64,000 nt of DNA from Geosiphon pyriformis uo1 (lineage: Eukaryota; Fungi; Glomeromycota): positions 628,635 to 692,634 of the forward strand of contig JAAOMT010000617.1 in the NCBI GenBank assembly GCA_016748015.1, read 5' to 3'. The notes beneath the pieces were generated by a model. It ran no database searches and was not told where the DNA came from. It saw nothing but the letters and a program-made list of their open reading frames with translations. Positions 49,601 to 63,127 of this stretch are shown piece after piece; the stretch's first letter is position 1, and each line of letters starts with the position of its first letter. The translations under genes and the position numbers were made by a program.

Positions 49601-52552
49601 GTAGTGGTAAAGTTTATTGAAAGCACTGTTGTATGCTGCATCAAATGGTGTTCCTCTTCTGACTTTTTCTGAAATTGATAGAGCATATTGACAGGTTTGA
49701 TCACATACTCCTCCTCTCATTGCTACATCAATTCAATTGCATTCTTCTGGTAGCATTTTTCCACATGTAAGGCAAGGAGTTTTGTCTCATTTTCCACTTC
49801 TCTTTGGAGATCCAAATCATTCTCTATGGCACACTTTGCAAAAGTAACAAGTACAAGTTTCGTATTTCTCTTCTGGGGAAATACAGGCTCCTATAGATGA
49901 AAGCTTTTTTTTGCAATCTTTGCATTTTAGTGGAATGTATGGTGGTTTTTTTCATGGTTCTGGTGTGGAATATCTAACTTTCTTCTATCCTCTTGATTCT
50001 TCAAAAATCTCTTGTTCTGTTTCCTCAGCCCAATTGGATGGTGATCCAAAAGCCATGTAGGTTTCAGTGAGTGGTATTTCTTTTTCTTCTTCAAATTTAA
50101 ATACTGGAGCTTTTTCTGATTGTTTGTTAAAGATACCACAGGTTGCAGGTACAATGATATATTGTCCTTGGTATGAGATTTTAAGTTTTTAAGTTTCCCA
50201 GTTCAGGTTTGCATTGGCCTTGAGAAGCCAATCATTTCCAATTAGAGCTTGATATTGGAGTGCATCCATAACAAAAACTTTAACTGGAATGGTGATTTCA
50301 TTAATTGTAAAGGGGAAATCATCAATTTCTTCCACTGAAGTCTTCTTCATACCATCAGCTGTAACAATAACTGTTTGAACTGGTCTATCTATGTTTCGTT
50401 TAAGTTGTTGTATCAGCTGGTAAGTGATGATACTTCCAGCCAATCCACTATCTAAGATTAAGCAAATGGGTTTTCCTTCCACTATAGCTTCTGTATACAT
50501 AGCAGTAATTGCTTTCTGTTCATTAATTGCTGTATTACTAAGCAGAAATGGTGATTCATTTGCTTCAAATTCAAATGGAAATATATCTGACAGATTGGCA
50601 TTTTGGGTAATTTGAGCTGGTGGAATGGTGTGGTTGGAAGGGTTTAATCTTGGTGCCACAACTTTACCTTCAGAAAGTGCAGTTTGTTGAAAATCCGATT
50701 CCTCTGGTATTGTAAGATAACTGGGTTGATTGTGATAGTGATTGGGTCTTTGCTGACCAGAATTTCGGGGAACCAACTGGTTATTTAGATTGATTCTGTT
50801 GTGGTTACTCTGCAATTGATTTTGGAGTGTGAATTGGTTATGTTGAACCAATCTTCTTGCTGGTACTTGATATTGTTGAGTGGGTGGTATTTGATATGGC
50901 TGAATTAGTAAAGGTTGCTGATATTGTTGCTGCATTGGTTGTGGAGCTGGTGAATAGTAACTGTTTTGATTTTGTGGTCTTGGTGAATAATAAGTTGGTG
51001 GTAAAGATTGGTAATAGGATTGTTGTGGTGAAGAGTAACGTTGATTACTCCTGTTTTGTTGGTCTCTTTGTAATTTTCTACAATCTCATTTCCAGTGTCC
51101 TGGAATTCCACAATAATGACAATTTTGAGGTTGGTTGTTGGATGGTGATCCAAAATTGTTTTAGTTGTGGCATTGTGGGGGTTGATATCTTTGTGGTTGT
51201 TGTTGCTGTTGTTGTTGGTTTGTGAAGTAGCTTTCAATTTTTTTTGTGAGTTGGTCTATTTTCTCTTCAGCTGCTGAGCTGGTTTCTCCAATTGCAAGGT
51301 TTACAAGCTTGGTGTGATTTGCTTCTTCCATTGCCATTTCATAGCTTTTTACATGTCTAATAGCAGTTGCTAAATCTGTTGGAACATGTGGATGGACTTT
51401 CTTAATCAGTTTGTCTTTTAACCCTGCTATAAACTGATCCAGAATTTGAGCATCAGAATAGTAGTCATTGGTTTCCAATTGTCAGATTCGTCTGAGAAGT
51501 TTGTTATATCTTTTAAGATAGATTATAACAGTTTCAGATGTTTCTTGTTTGATATTGTGAAAGTGGTTTCTGAGAGTGATAGAGATATTGTTGTTAGTGA
51601 ATTGTTGTAGAAAAGCATCTTTGAATGCTTGCCAGTTTTCAAATGGTTCTTCTAAATTTTCAAACCATTCTTCTGCTGTTCCTTGGAGAAAGTAGGAAAT
51701 TGCTTTAAGCATTCTTGCTGCAATCCAACTATTTGTATCTTCTGCTTTTTGAACTTTGTTAAGCTATTCTTGAGGACTGGTATCATTGTCTTCACCAGTG
51801 AATTCTGGGATTTTTGCAATGTAAGCAGTTGCCATTTTTTCTTTGTTTTCTGTAATTTCTTCTGATTCTGATTCAGTTTCTTTACTTTTCAAGCTTTCTG
51901 AATGATTACTTTTGTTTTTCTGTAAGTAATCAATGATATTGGCACTTGTTGATATTGGTTCTTGCTGTTAAGTAGGGTTTCTAGGTGACTGAAAATCTTC
52001 TGGTCTGGAGAAACAGTTGAGTGGTAAATTTGGTGTTTGTGGTTGAACAAGTGAAATTGGAAATGGTGTAATAGAAATTGGTAATTTGACACTGGTTCCT
52101 TGTTCAGGTGTTCACAAGTGTTTGGCAGTTGTCTTTTGTAGTGTTGGAGTGTTTGGAGTGGTTTTTGAGTATTGCTTCAATCTTTGTTTGCCTTTGTTGC
52201 TTGTTTTTGTCTCTGATTCAAAGTCAAAAGAGTATTTAGACTGTACTGAGTATTTTTCTTCACAATATTCAATAATGTTAAAATTAAGTTCTTGGAAGTA
52301 GATAGCAAATGTTTTACTGTTTAGATCTTCTGTTCCCAATTGTGAATAGTGCACTAAATTATTGTAGAGGTTGCTTCTAACTTCTGAAATGTTGTAGTTT
52401 TCAAAAAGATAATTGTTGATGCAGTTTTCAATGTATTGGTATACTAATTTCTTTACAACTTCAATTCCATCTGGAATGTTGAATCTTTGCTTGCAGTGGG
52501 TGTAAATTGACTGGTAATACTCTAGAGTTGCTGTGTCTGGTGTGGTCACCAC
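46609..52552 (-). pseudogene. C1 ORF1 Gag-PR-Cys-rich domain-dUTPase-RT-RNase H, one reading frame
   Basis: All ORF-track fragments share one frame after removing the 319-nt gap artefact; dUTPase ~48460-48850 (YDLRYP, GEVIDAGYTG, KIAQAI, GFGSTG). Confidence 0.9.
49108..49725. other. Scaffold gap (20 N, 49407-49426) flanked by an identical 299-bp duplication
   Basis: 49108-49406 equals 49427-49725. Confidence 0.9.
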
Positions 52553-53971
52553 TTTGAATTTGTTGTTGCTGTGTTATTTCCATGGGAGAGCACCAAATGT
52601 TACTAGAAGTTTTTGGTCTCTTTTCTGTAATGTTGTTGATATCTGTTTGCTGTGAATTCATGTTTTCTGGATGTGGTTGAACCTCCAGTAACTGAATTTT
52701 TTCTTCAAATTATCTCCTATAATTTGAACTGCTGGGCTTATAAGTGGAATGGCCAATTCCTTGCCAATTACTTTATGTAGTTACGTTGTAGTAAACGTCA
52801 ACTCTTTCCCAGGAATTGCTCATCTGAAAGCTCACTAAAAATGTGTAGTTATTTTGCTGTGAAAGTCAACTCTTCTACAAGAATCTTGTCTGTAGACTAC
52901 CCTAATAATTGTAATAAGAAAAGAAAAGAAAAATAAAAGAAATGTAAAAGAAATAAGGTTTTATCAAGAGAAACATTTTCTATCCAGGCCTGGAGTTCCT
53001 AACAGTTTACTGAAATTGGTAGCTAATCAATTTCGAAATGTTAGTTGGGTTTTGGGGATTTTCCAAGTACAATAATTAAAGAATTTGGTTTTTTAAATTA
53101 TTTGATATTTATTTCTTTCTGTGTGTGTAGGAATGGTTCTAAGTAATAAATCTAAAGTAAGATATATTTTCTTGAAGAGAAAAGCTCTTCTTTTATACAA
53201 TTTGTTGTAGTACTAGTCTATAAACTTGCACTTTTTCTTTTTGCTCAAATTTCAGCAAATTAAAGATACATTTTGATGAACTACAAGTTATTTTGCTGAA
53301 CTATTGATTAATTTGGGTAAAGTATTCATAATTTCGGCGAATTTCTGTAAATTTCGGCGAATTTTTGAATGTTACAAAGTTCAGGATATTGTGTAATTTG
53401 ATCATCCTACTTTCTGTTATACTAATTAGATTATTTTAATTGAATTGTGATATGTAATAATTGATTAAATAATAAATAATAATTTGAAATGATATTAATA
53501 TACTAATTAATTATAGGAATTATAAGGGTAATTTTATGCTAATTAATAGCTAAAATTCTACTGGTAACAACATGATAACCAACTACCAGATAAACCAGTT
53601 GAATTCAAGATTGGAGACAAAGTACTACTACATTGTACCAAAGCAGAAAAACAATAGAATGGAAAATTTGACCCCAAATAGGACAGACCATTTCACATAG
53701 AAAAAAATTTAGGAAATAAAGCTTACAAATTAAGATTGAATAACAAAATCTTGACCAAAGCAGCATATAGAGATCGACTGAAACTATACCACCATATAGC
53801 ATTATCATCCACCAGTAATATTCCACAATTAGGAGTACAGAGAATACTAGTCCAACCAGATGAGATTCCATGAAATCTAGAACCAATCATTATCATTGAC
53901 AACAACACGTCCAATTGATTGACAAAAGAATATATAAGAACATAATCAACGCAACAAAAGAGATCAGAAAG

Positions 53972-54600
53972 ATGGAAATTATGGACAATATCCATTCACT
54001 AGCCCAACAAATTTTTCAATTAATCCAACACCAGGAGATGGAAATTACAATCAATTAACAAATCATTTGTTACAAAAATATGACAAAAATACCACAAAAC
54101 AAAGCACAGAAAAGACTTGAAAATGTCATTGACAAAATCATTACAAAAGTAAAATTGGCAATAAAAAAATTGACAAAAGAGTCAATATACCAAGAATTAA
54201 CAAAAGAAACTTGGAATTGGTGGATACAACAATTTCCAAAAAACTATTGTTATTTTTACTTGGAACAACATGTGAATATTCAGACTTATATACGGATAAA
54301 ACAAAGCAGTTATTTAACACAACAATACTACAACAACTAGAACATTTTGTGGGGAAAAACAACTTATCCACACAAGCTCAAGCTATATACCAAATACACA
54401 CAGCATTTCAGGATCAACCAAAAATCCTACTCAACAAAGCAATGGAAATGGTTACCAGTAATTAATTGAGAAAAATCACCAATGCTCAATTTGAAAAATT
54501 ACAGACTCAAATAACACAAGTAGTTCTCGAAAACAAAATTCAGGAAATACTTTAAGAGGGAGAATTAAAGGAATTAAATTTCGATAGAGCTCAATATTAA
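53972..54600 (+). pseudogene. Family B ORF3 (B2 copy, one frameshift)
   Basis: MEIMDNIHSLAQQIFQLI...YCYFYL...QAIYQIHTAFQDQP...LRKITNAQFEKL...FDRAQY*; stop lies directly before the PPT. Confidence 0.78.
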
Positions 54601-56193
54601 AAGGAGGGAATAATGTTACTCATAGAATATAGGAAACATAGTATTATTAGTCAGTAGATATTAGCCAATCAGATGTAGACATAGTAAATATGAAATTCCA
54701 AGATTCCTCTCAGAGGAATTGCAGGATTCCAGGAATTTCAGGATTCTCCAATAAGGAATTGCAGGATTCCAAAATTCCAGGATTCCTCTCATCAGGAATC
54801 GCAGGATTCCAGGAATTTTGGAATTTCTGTTACAAGGAATTGAAAAATTGAGGAATCTTAAATATGTATATATAGCAGTAGCATTAGAAGCAGAAAAGAG
54901 AGAATCAACACCAAGAATTCTTAGCTTAGTTACCACAATCCTCAAATAAATAATTATTCACTATATCAAATTCATTCTCCACTATCAACATTTCATGTTA
55001 ATGATAACTAATACTTAACCATACTGAAACAATAGCTCTTGATCATAGCTATTGACAGGATACTAACTTGCAAATTGCCTTGGCTTATTTCTTATTTTTT
55101 CTTTTATCTTTCTTTATTTTCTTTGTTGTCCACTAACTTGATTAAAAGATTTACTCTTGGAGAACTTATAAAGAAATAAAACTTACTAAAAATACTTACT
55201 CTTGGAAAACTTATAGAGGAATAAAGCTTACTAAAAATATTTACTCTTGGAGGACTTATGGAGGAATAAACTTGCTTAAACAACACTTACTCTTAGAGAA
55301 CTTATGGAGGAACTGACATCAGGAAACCACACTGGTATACACTTACAGAAGATATCATACCAAGAGAATCATCAACCATCAAGCTGAGCAAGCAATTGGC
55401 GAAACTACAGTGCCAGAAAACTACTAATAAACTGTTACTATTGAATCTTTGTCCATTATACAAAAAACTCAATTGGAAAACCTTCAGATAAAATACCTTC
55501 AGATTATCATCATCACCGATTGTCTTGAGCACCAAGTTACGGGTTTGTTATTCACTCAACACCCCAAAGAATCACCTGTAATAATGGATTCAATATGTAA
55601 GATTAGTCTCATAAAATATCTCAGTCACTATACTTTTCAAAAATAACCAGAGAATTTGAAGGTAGAAGAATAGTCCGTACTGTCAACAAATGATCACACA
55701 CTGGTATAATTCTATGCCTTACATTGGTGCTCTTAGAATTCAATATCAGGTATCAAATATACTTTCAATCACATTTTATTCAATAGTCTTCAAATGCTGC
55801 AATTACATGTTTCAGAAAAAAGATAAGAAAACCAACAAGTAATCTTTTATCCCAAGATGTTTAGATACTTGAAGATAGAGAAAGAAAAATTAGTGATAAG
55901 AGAATAATTGAAATGAAAGTTGTTATTTTATTTATTTGATTTCCTTGATTTCTACATGTTTTTCTACAACTAAGAGATTCATTACTTATATAGCTATCAA
56001 AAGTGGTCAATAATTAGGTTAATGACTAAGTCAATAATCAGATCAATAATCAGGTCAATGATCAAGTTATTGATCAAGTCAATGATCAGGTCAATAATTA
56101 AGTCAATGGTTAGATCATAGATCAAGTTAATGATTACTTTCTAAAAATAGAGTGGCTAATTTATATGACATCAATGGCTAATACATGTGATAA

Positions 56194-56850
56194 TTAATAA
56201 GAAGTATAAGTTTCAAGCATAACATTATCCTCTCCAAAGAAATTGAGCTCCAGCAAAATCAACTTATTTATAATATAATCTATTTGAAGGGTTTTATCTA
56301 ACTCAAAGCTAACTAGTTTGTTGAAGTCTTTTGTAAATAAAGTATATAACACTTGAGACAAAATAAGTTTTGTATTCAAAAGATCAAATCTTTGTATTAG
56401 AGTTTTGGCTTTTCTAGTAATAGTTAAAACTCTTAAGACATTTAACCATATAATGTCCAAAATTTCTGCCTGTATCTTTGAAGTTGTTTTTTTTATAAGT
56501 TTCATATCTTTTATGATTTCATTAAGGTGACCATAGAGTTTTAATTGCCTTCCATATGACAAGTTTTTGTCTATAAGTAAGATTTCTTAGAGTGTTTTTC
56601 CAATTGTGTTGGAAGGTAGGAGTATAGCTGCTGTTATACTTTCTAATAGATATTTATCTATTTTACTACCAATTTTTTCTCTTCTAATAGTAGTTTTCTT
56701 TGGTCTAATAACAGTATGTGTTCTATTGTTATCAGTTATGGTGGTTTGTTTTCCAATGGTCAAAGTAGCATTTAGATAGTTTTTGATCCAATACTTATGG
56801 AGAGTATAGAAAGTGTTTTGAATGTTTTGATCCAAAAAATAATTGTTCAT
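56194..56850 (-). pseudogene. Family A ORF3 (A3 copy)
   Basis: Fragments 56587-56850 and 56194-56562 are in one frame. Confidence 0.8.
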
Positions 56851-56891
56851 GTCAATTGAAGATACCTCTGTTTTGGGAATGGTACATTTAT

Positions 56892-58205
56892 TTATACTTG
56901 ATTTTTGCTGATTAATTAAGTTGGTATTACCACATCAGGCAGCCAATCATGTTGTTTATAATATTTTTTGAATTGTGTATTATGAACAGAATGATCATTG
57001 AAGATTGTTCCAGATTGATTTTGAAGAATATAAGAACCATTGTTCAAAACTTTGTTGACTATAAAGGGTTCTTTCTACTGGTTAGAGAATTTATCACCAT
57101 AGATATTGTTTCTGTCTAAATAGTATTCTAGTATCAAGTCATCAACACTTAAAAAAAGTGTTTTATATGTTTTCTTTTTCTTAAGCTTTTCTTAGAACTG
57201 TTTTATTTTTTCAAAAGCAATTATTTGTGCTTCTATCAAGGAGTTAAAAATGATATCAAGTCTTCTTTGCAAAATGTTTTTGTAATTTTCTATTGTAATC
57301 TCTTTAAAGAGTATTGTTTCAATATCAGTTTCTATTGGTAGTGTTGCTATGTATCCATAGAGCAGATAAAAAGGTTTATAACTTGTTATGTCATAATTTA
57401 CAGTTCTATAAGCAAACAAAGCTGAAAACAGTACTTTGTTTTATAAGTTTGTTTCTTTACTGGTTTTGGCTAGGGTTTTACATAGTGTTTTATTGAAATG
57501 TTCTACTAAGCCATTTGTTTGGGAGTGATAAGAAGAGAAAAGTTTATGATATATTCTCATTTTTCTACAAAGTTCTTCAACCAGTGTATTGAGAAAAGCT
57601 CTTTCTCTATCAGATAAAAGTCCTTTGGGGCAGCCATGACAACAAATAATATCTTCATAAATGAAATTGGCTATTGAGACTGCTGTTTGGTCTGGGATGG
57701 CTCTTGCTTCTACCTATTTTATAAGATAGTTGGTAGCTGTGATAATATATCTGTTGCTATCAGGAGTGATTGTTAAAAGTCCAATAATATTTATACCAAT
57801 TCTGTCAAATGATTGACCAACAGAGATTGGATGAATATCTTCTTTGCAATTGGGTTTGTCTCTTCTTTGGCAGATGTCACAGGTTTTGATGTATTCAGCA
57901 ATGTTTTTTTCCAAGATAGGCTAATAATAGCAGACTAAAGTTTTTTGAATTGTTTTTGTTTTTTCAAAGTGTCCAACTAATGGGTCAGTGTGCATGTTGT
58001 ATATTACAATTTCTCTTTCTTCAAATCTGATGACTCTTTAAGGGCAGTTAAGATCTTTTCTATTTCTTTTATATAGCTAGTTCTGGCAAATTAAATAGAA
58101 ATTTGATTGTTTATGCAAATGTTCTCTTTGCTGTTGAATGTATTCTGGTGGGTATTGTTCTTTACCCAAAAATTCCATTAAGGCAGAGTAGTTGTTCAAG
58201 TCCAT
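56892..58205 (-). pseudogene. A3 integrase, stand-alone ORF
   Basis: ATG 58205 (MDLNNY) lies 64 nt after the ORF1 stop at 58270-58272; ends WLPDVVI. Confidence 0.85.
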
Positions 58206-58269
58206 TATCGTGTTTGTTTGTGAAAGAGTTACTAATAATTAAGTTGATTTGGTTTGAGAAGTTGTACTA

Positions 58270-61200
58270 TCACAGGATGATAAGTCTAAAGAGAGTGTCT
58301 GCATTTTGATGATTTGCTCCTTTGTGGTGTTGAATATTATAGTTGAATTCATCCAAGTGGAGTATCCAGCAAGTTATTTGTTTGTGTTCCAGCTTCTTTT
58401 TATTGTGCAGCCAAACCAAGACTTGATGATCTGTTACTACTAAGAATTTTGTACCAAGAAAATATTGATTCCAGTAGCTAGTAGCCCAAACTACTGCTAA
58501 ACATTTTTGTTCTGTAACTGAATAGTTCTTTTCTGCTGATATGAGAGATCTACTGGCATATGCTATGACATGTTCTTTGCTATTTTCATTTTTTTGTGAA
58601 AGAACAGCACCAAGTCTATAGCCAGATGTATTAGTGTAGAGGATGAAAGATTGGTCCAGATCAGGTTGCTTGAGAATTGGTTCAATAACAAGTTTTTCCT
58701 TCAGAATTTCAAAAGCATTTTGTTGATGAGTGTCCCAATAATAATTGACATTTTTTTTGAGTAGTTAATTGAGAAGAAAGGCAATTTTGGAGAAATCCTT
58801 GATAAATTTGCAATAGTAAGAGACCAAACCAAGAAAAAAGCAAAGTTTAGAAACATTCATTGATTGTCTAATGTTTTGAACTTTTTCAACTTTAGCTGGA
58901 TTAAAGAAGATTCCATCTTTTGTAATAAGATGACCAAAGAACTGGGTGAATTGGCATCCAAAAAAAGATTTGATTGAGTTGATCTTAAGGCCAGCATTTC
59001 TGAGCAGGTCAAAAACCTTTTGTAAATGTTTAAGGTGTTCATCTCAGGTTTTTGAATATATCATTATGTCATTCAAGTAAACCAGAACAAAGTTTTCTTT
59101 TACTGATTCAAACACTTTATCCATTAGGCATTAAAAAGTAAGAGGAGCATTGGTGAGACCAAAAGGCATGACTGTAAATTCATAAATGCCATACTTGGTG
59201 ATGAAGGCAGTTTTTTTTCTGCTTTCTGGATCTATTTCTACTTGCCAGAATTCAGCAGTTAAGTCAATGGTTAAGAAGAAAGCAGCACCATTGAATTTAT
59301 CTAATATTGCATTAATTTTGGAAAGTGGATACATGTCTCTTATAGTGATGACATTTAGTTGGCAGTAGTCAACACAGAAGCATAGGGTTCCATTTTTCTT
59401 GGATACCACTACAACTGGGAAAGCCCATTCACTCTTGGTTTCTTGTATGAATCCAAGATCTTTCATCTGGTTTATTTTTTTCTTAATAAACTCATCATTG
59501 TGTTGATTGGATTGATAAGGCTTTAAATGGATGGGATGAGTTTTTTTTGTAGTGATAATATGTTGTATTACATGGGTTCATCCAGGAATGTTACCTTCTT
59601 TTGAAATAACTGGGCTATTTCTAGCCAACAGATTTTCAATGTCTATTTTTCTTTCTTTAGGAGAAGGTTCTTTTTGTTCTACAACTAGTAATTGGATTTT
59701 AGATGATTTATTCTCAAAGGACTTTTGTACTTCTCTAAGTTCTTCTTGAAGTATCAAGCTAATTAGTTTCCAATCTTTGTAATAGATCAGGCAGGATTTG
59801 CATTCATCATTTGGTAAATACAAAGGTTTATTACACCAACATTATACACAAAGGCCATGTTATCAATAACTGTATTTGGCTTTCTTGCCAGGTTTTTTGT
59901 TAAAAGCTTTTCTGAGAATATCATAGTAGGGCCAACAGATTAACTTGCCATTTACCATGATTCTTTCTTTGTTAGCTTTAACATTGTCCAGTAGCTTGCT
60001 ATTGCTGGTAAAGATGGTATAATCTTCATCATTGCTCTTATCATCATCTGATTTATCTGATTGTTTTTCTTCTTGGTTCTGTTTAGTTGTTGGAGGAGTT
60101 GTTCAATGACAGCATTTAACCACAATGGGTTTTTCACCACATCTGATGGTTAGCTCACACAGTTTATAGTCAAGTAGTGCTTTGGCTTTCTTAAGCCACT
60201 TGTTACCAATAATAATAATATACTCTTTTGCTTCAGATACTTCTATATCTGTTTTAATGCTAATACAATTAATGCGAACAGGAATGGCTTTGGCTATACC
60301 TAAACTTTTCTCTTTGTCACCATGTACATTAGTTATAGGCCGAATAAAAGATTCATTAATTTTTCTTTCAATGGCTTCCAGAAAGTGTTTGGCAATTACA
60401 CTAACAGATAATCCACTGTTTAGGATTAAATCAATGAAATAGCCAGCCATTTGGACTTTACAAATCAGAGGAATAACATTGCTGTTGTTAGCAAATTCAG
60501 CTTGACAAGAGTGTTTGTTGGTTTTTGGTATCTTTTTCTTTAGTATTAAGAATTTGTGAAGATCTTTTCTGAACTGTGAATGGGTCATTAGTTGGCCAAA
60601 TGTAATGTGTGCTAAGGTTTCCATGAGATCTTTAACAACAAAATAGGGTCCAAATTTTTGTACAATTTCTGGGAGTTCCAATTTTGAAGAATTTTTAAAA
60701 ACTTTAGCTTTTGGTGGCTCATTGTTGTCAGCAGCAAAAGTTGAAACTTTGTTGAGATTTAGAATGAAATCAACTTTGGTTTTCTTCTTCTTTTTTGTTA
60801 AGTCAGAGGTGTTGATTGCTAATTCATCCATATTATAATCATCATCAGTTAGGTTAAAAGCATAAAAAAGGTTTTCTTCTGGTTGGCTTGCATTCTCACC
60901 CTTTGGAGATGTGCCTACCAATTTAAAGGCTGATAAACAGTAGCTTTAACTAAAAGATTCTCTCCAAAAAAATTGATGTTGACATGATTGGGTTTTTAAT
61001 TAGGAACATTATTATTGTTGGATCTGTTATTCTGGATATTATTATTTCTAGTGTCCATTTAGTCTACAGCAATAGCACACAGATGAGCCACAATTTTGTT
61101 GTCTTTGATATAATGGTTGTTGAGAGTGATTGAAGTGGGATTCAAATCTGGGTCTTTGAAGTTACTGGTTGTCTCTGACTGCTTGGGCTAATGATTCTAA

Positions 61201-62414
61201 TAGCTGAGTAAGGTTAGCAGTAAGTCTGTCTATTAATTGTTTATTGGGGTCTTGAGTATGAGTGGCAAAAGAGATAGCAGCCATTTGTGGAGCTGGAACC
61301 ATAGCAGAAGCAAAAGCAAAAACTGAAAGAGTAGATCCTAAGTGCATTTTTTGGTTGTCTTCTATTCTCTGGACAAGTTCAATGGTCATATCTATTGTGA
61401 GATTATCTTTCAGGACCAGAAGGGGCCAAATAGCATATGAGAAATCAGTTCTCAATTTTTTTGTGAAGGAATGAATTTTTTGCTCTTTTGTCTAATTTTT
61501 ACCAAAGTCTATATGCTTAATTAGTTTTCTAATGACTTTAGTGTATTCAGTTACTATTTCTCCTAAGTCTTCAGTTCTTTTTTTTAATTCCATGTGCCAT
61601 TTGGATATTAAGATAGGAGTTCTAAATTTTGTTTCAAACTGGGTAGTAAAAGAGATATTATCTTCTTTAGTATTTGCTGGTGTCCATCTAATAATTCTTT
61701 GCTGAGCATTGGCATTGATTTCTTATAAGAACCAAGTAACAGGAAAGCCTTGAAGGTAGCCACCAACAATTTGAAACTTGTATTCATTATTATATTGGTT
61801 TGCTATGGCAGCTCTCTTAAAATCATCCAGCCATTCAATTGAATCTTGGATATTATCTCTGAATAATGGTAATGGGGTGTTGTTTCTTCATCCTAAAGCA
61901 GTTTGTATACCTTGGAGAGTGATCAGAATGTTTTGTTGCAGAGGGTCTTGAGCCATTGGTTCAGTTGTAACTGTTTGTATGGAGTGTTCTGATTTACTTG
62001 AAAAAAGATCAAAAATGGGAATGGTTTGATAGCTTTCTTCTTCTGTTTCAAAGAGAGTTTCAGTTGCTTGATGGGCAGCAATCCAAATGTAGATTTAATG
62101 ATTCAATATTCGAAATCAGGGGGCTGTTGTTCAAAAGTTGTAGAATATAAAAGCTGATTGATACTGTTGTTTCTTTCTTCAAAGTTGTCTTCAAAATAAG
62201 CTTGGTCAAAGTAATAGGTTGTATAAGCTGTATAGGTTTCAGCTAAATGCTTGTTCAGGAACCAGTTCCAAAAGTCTTGAAATTGTCTGCTGGATTGTTC
62301 TTTAATGGGGAAGCAAATCAAGCAGAAGGGCAAAGGATTGAGTTCAATAAAGTCTAGATCATTTTTGTTGTGTGCTTCTTCTAATTGTTATAGCAGATAT
62401 GAATAATTACCCAT
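58270..62414 (-). pseudogene. A3 ORF1 Gag-PR-RT-RNase H
   Basis: Colinear with A2 ORF1, with small deletions. Confidence 0.88.
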
Positions 62415-62996
62415 ACAATAGGAAACAAAGTAGAATTTGACAATCTTACAGAAAGCACCACTTTTATGTTATAAGTTGGAGTAATAAGCTAATGAATAGC
62501 AAAGGAAAACAGAATTGTAAGGTAATGAAAATAATCAAAGGGAATTCAACTTCAAAGAGCAAATTAAATGAGTATGGATTCAATATATAAGATCAGTCTC
62601 ATAAAATATCTCAGTTGCTATACTTTTCAAAGCTAACCAGGAAATTTGAAGATAGAAGGATAGTTCATATTGTCAACAAATAATCACATACTAGTATAAT
62701 TCTATGCTTCACATTAGCACTCTTAGAATTCAATATCAGATATTAGATATACTCTTCAGTTATGTTTTATTCAATAGTCTTCAAATGCTACAATTACATG
62801 TTTCAGAAAAAGTGTAAGAAATAACCAACAAGTAATTTTTTATCCCAAGATGTTCAGATACTTGAAGATAGAGAAAGAGAAATTAGTAATAAGAAAATGA
62901 TTAAGATGAAAGTGTTATTTTATTTATTTGATTTTCTTGATTTCTATATGCTTTTCTACAATTAAGAGATTCATCGCTTATATAGCTATCAAAAGT

Positions 62997-63127
62997 GGTC
63001 AATAATCAGGTCAACAACTAGGTCAATGATCAGGTCAATAATCAGGTTAATAATCAGGTCATTGATTAGGTCAATGATCAGGTCAATGATCAGATCAATG
63101 ATCAGGTCATTGATCAAGTCAATGATT
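62997..63127. repeat. 12-bp A-family LTR tandem array (TGATCAGGTCAA)n; also at ~1055-1105, 25030-25150, 32090-32150, 34405-34520 (decayed) and 56007-56135
   Basis: Seen directly; copy number varies (~4-11); lies immediately upstream of a TATATAAG box on the element sense strand. Confidence 0.9.

Larger units (their letters stand above)
43328..53569 (-). mobile_element. Ty3/Gypsy family C element C1 (LTRs 43328-44320 and 52598-53569; TSD ACAT), innermost insertion
   Basis: Paired LTRs; ACAT at 43324-43327 and 53570-53573; PBS TGGTGCTCTCCCATGG 52580-52595; PPT GAGGAGGAGA next to 44320. Confidence 0.95.
42290..53918 (+). pseudogene. B2 integrase, stand-alone ORF split by C1 (42290-43327 + 53574-53918)
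   Basis: ATG 42290 (MNIQKY), HSNPTAGHF...CDAC, IGIDLVGP, DYLTKWPEA, SDQGTHF, C-terminal NLEPIIII. Confidence 0.88.
35004..55583 (+). mobile_element. Ty3/Gypsy family B element B2 (LTRs 35004-35973 and 54614-55583; TSD ATGG), carries nested C1
   Basis: Two 970-bp LTRs; ATGG at 35000-35003 and 55584-55587; PBS 35976-35992; PPT AAGGAGGGAA before 54614. Confidence 0.95.

Noticed and set aside
49108-49725. Apparent tandem duplication within C1 pol
   Set aside because: Perfect 299-bp identity around a 20-N gap in an otherwise mutated element; removing 319 nt restores the ORF1 frame, so it is an unmerged contig overlap
62395-62414. MGNYS start of A3 Gag as a myristoylation signal
   Set aside because: Comparison with A2 (MDDYL) implies ancestral MGDYS; Asp at position 3 and no Ser at position 6 fit poorly
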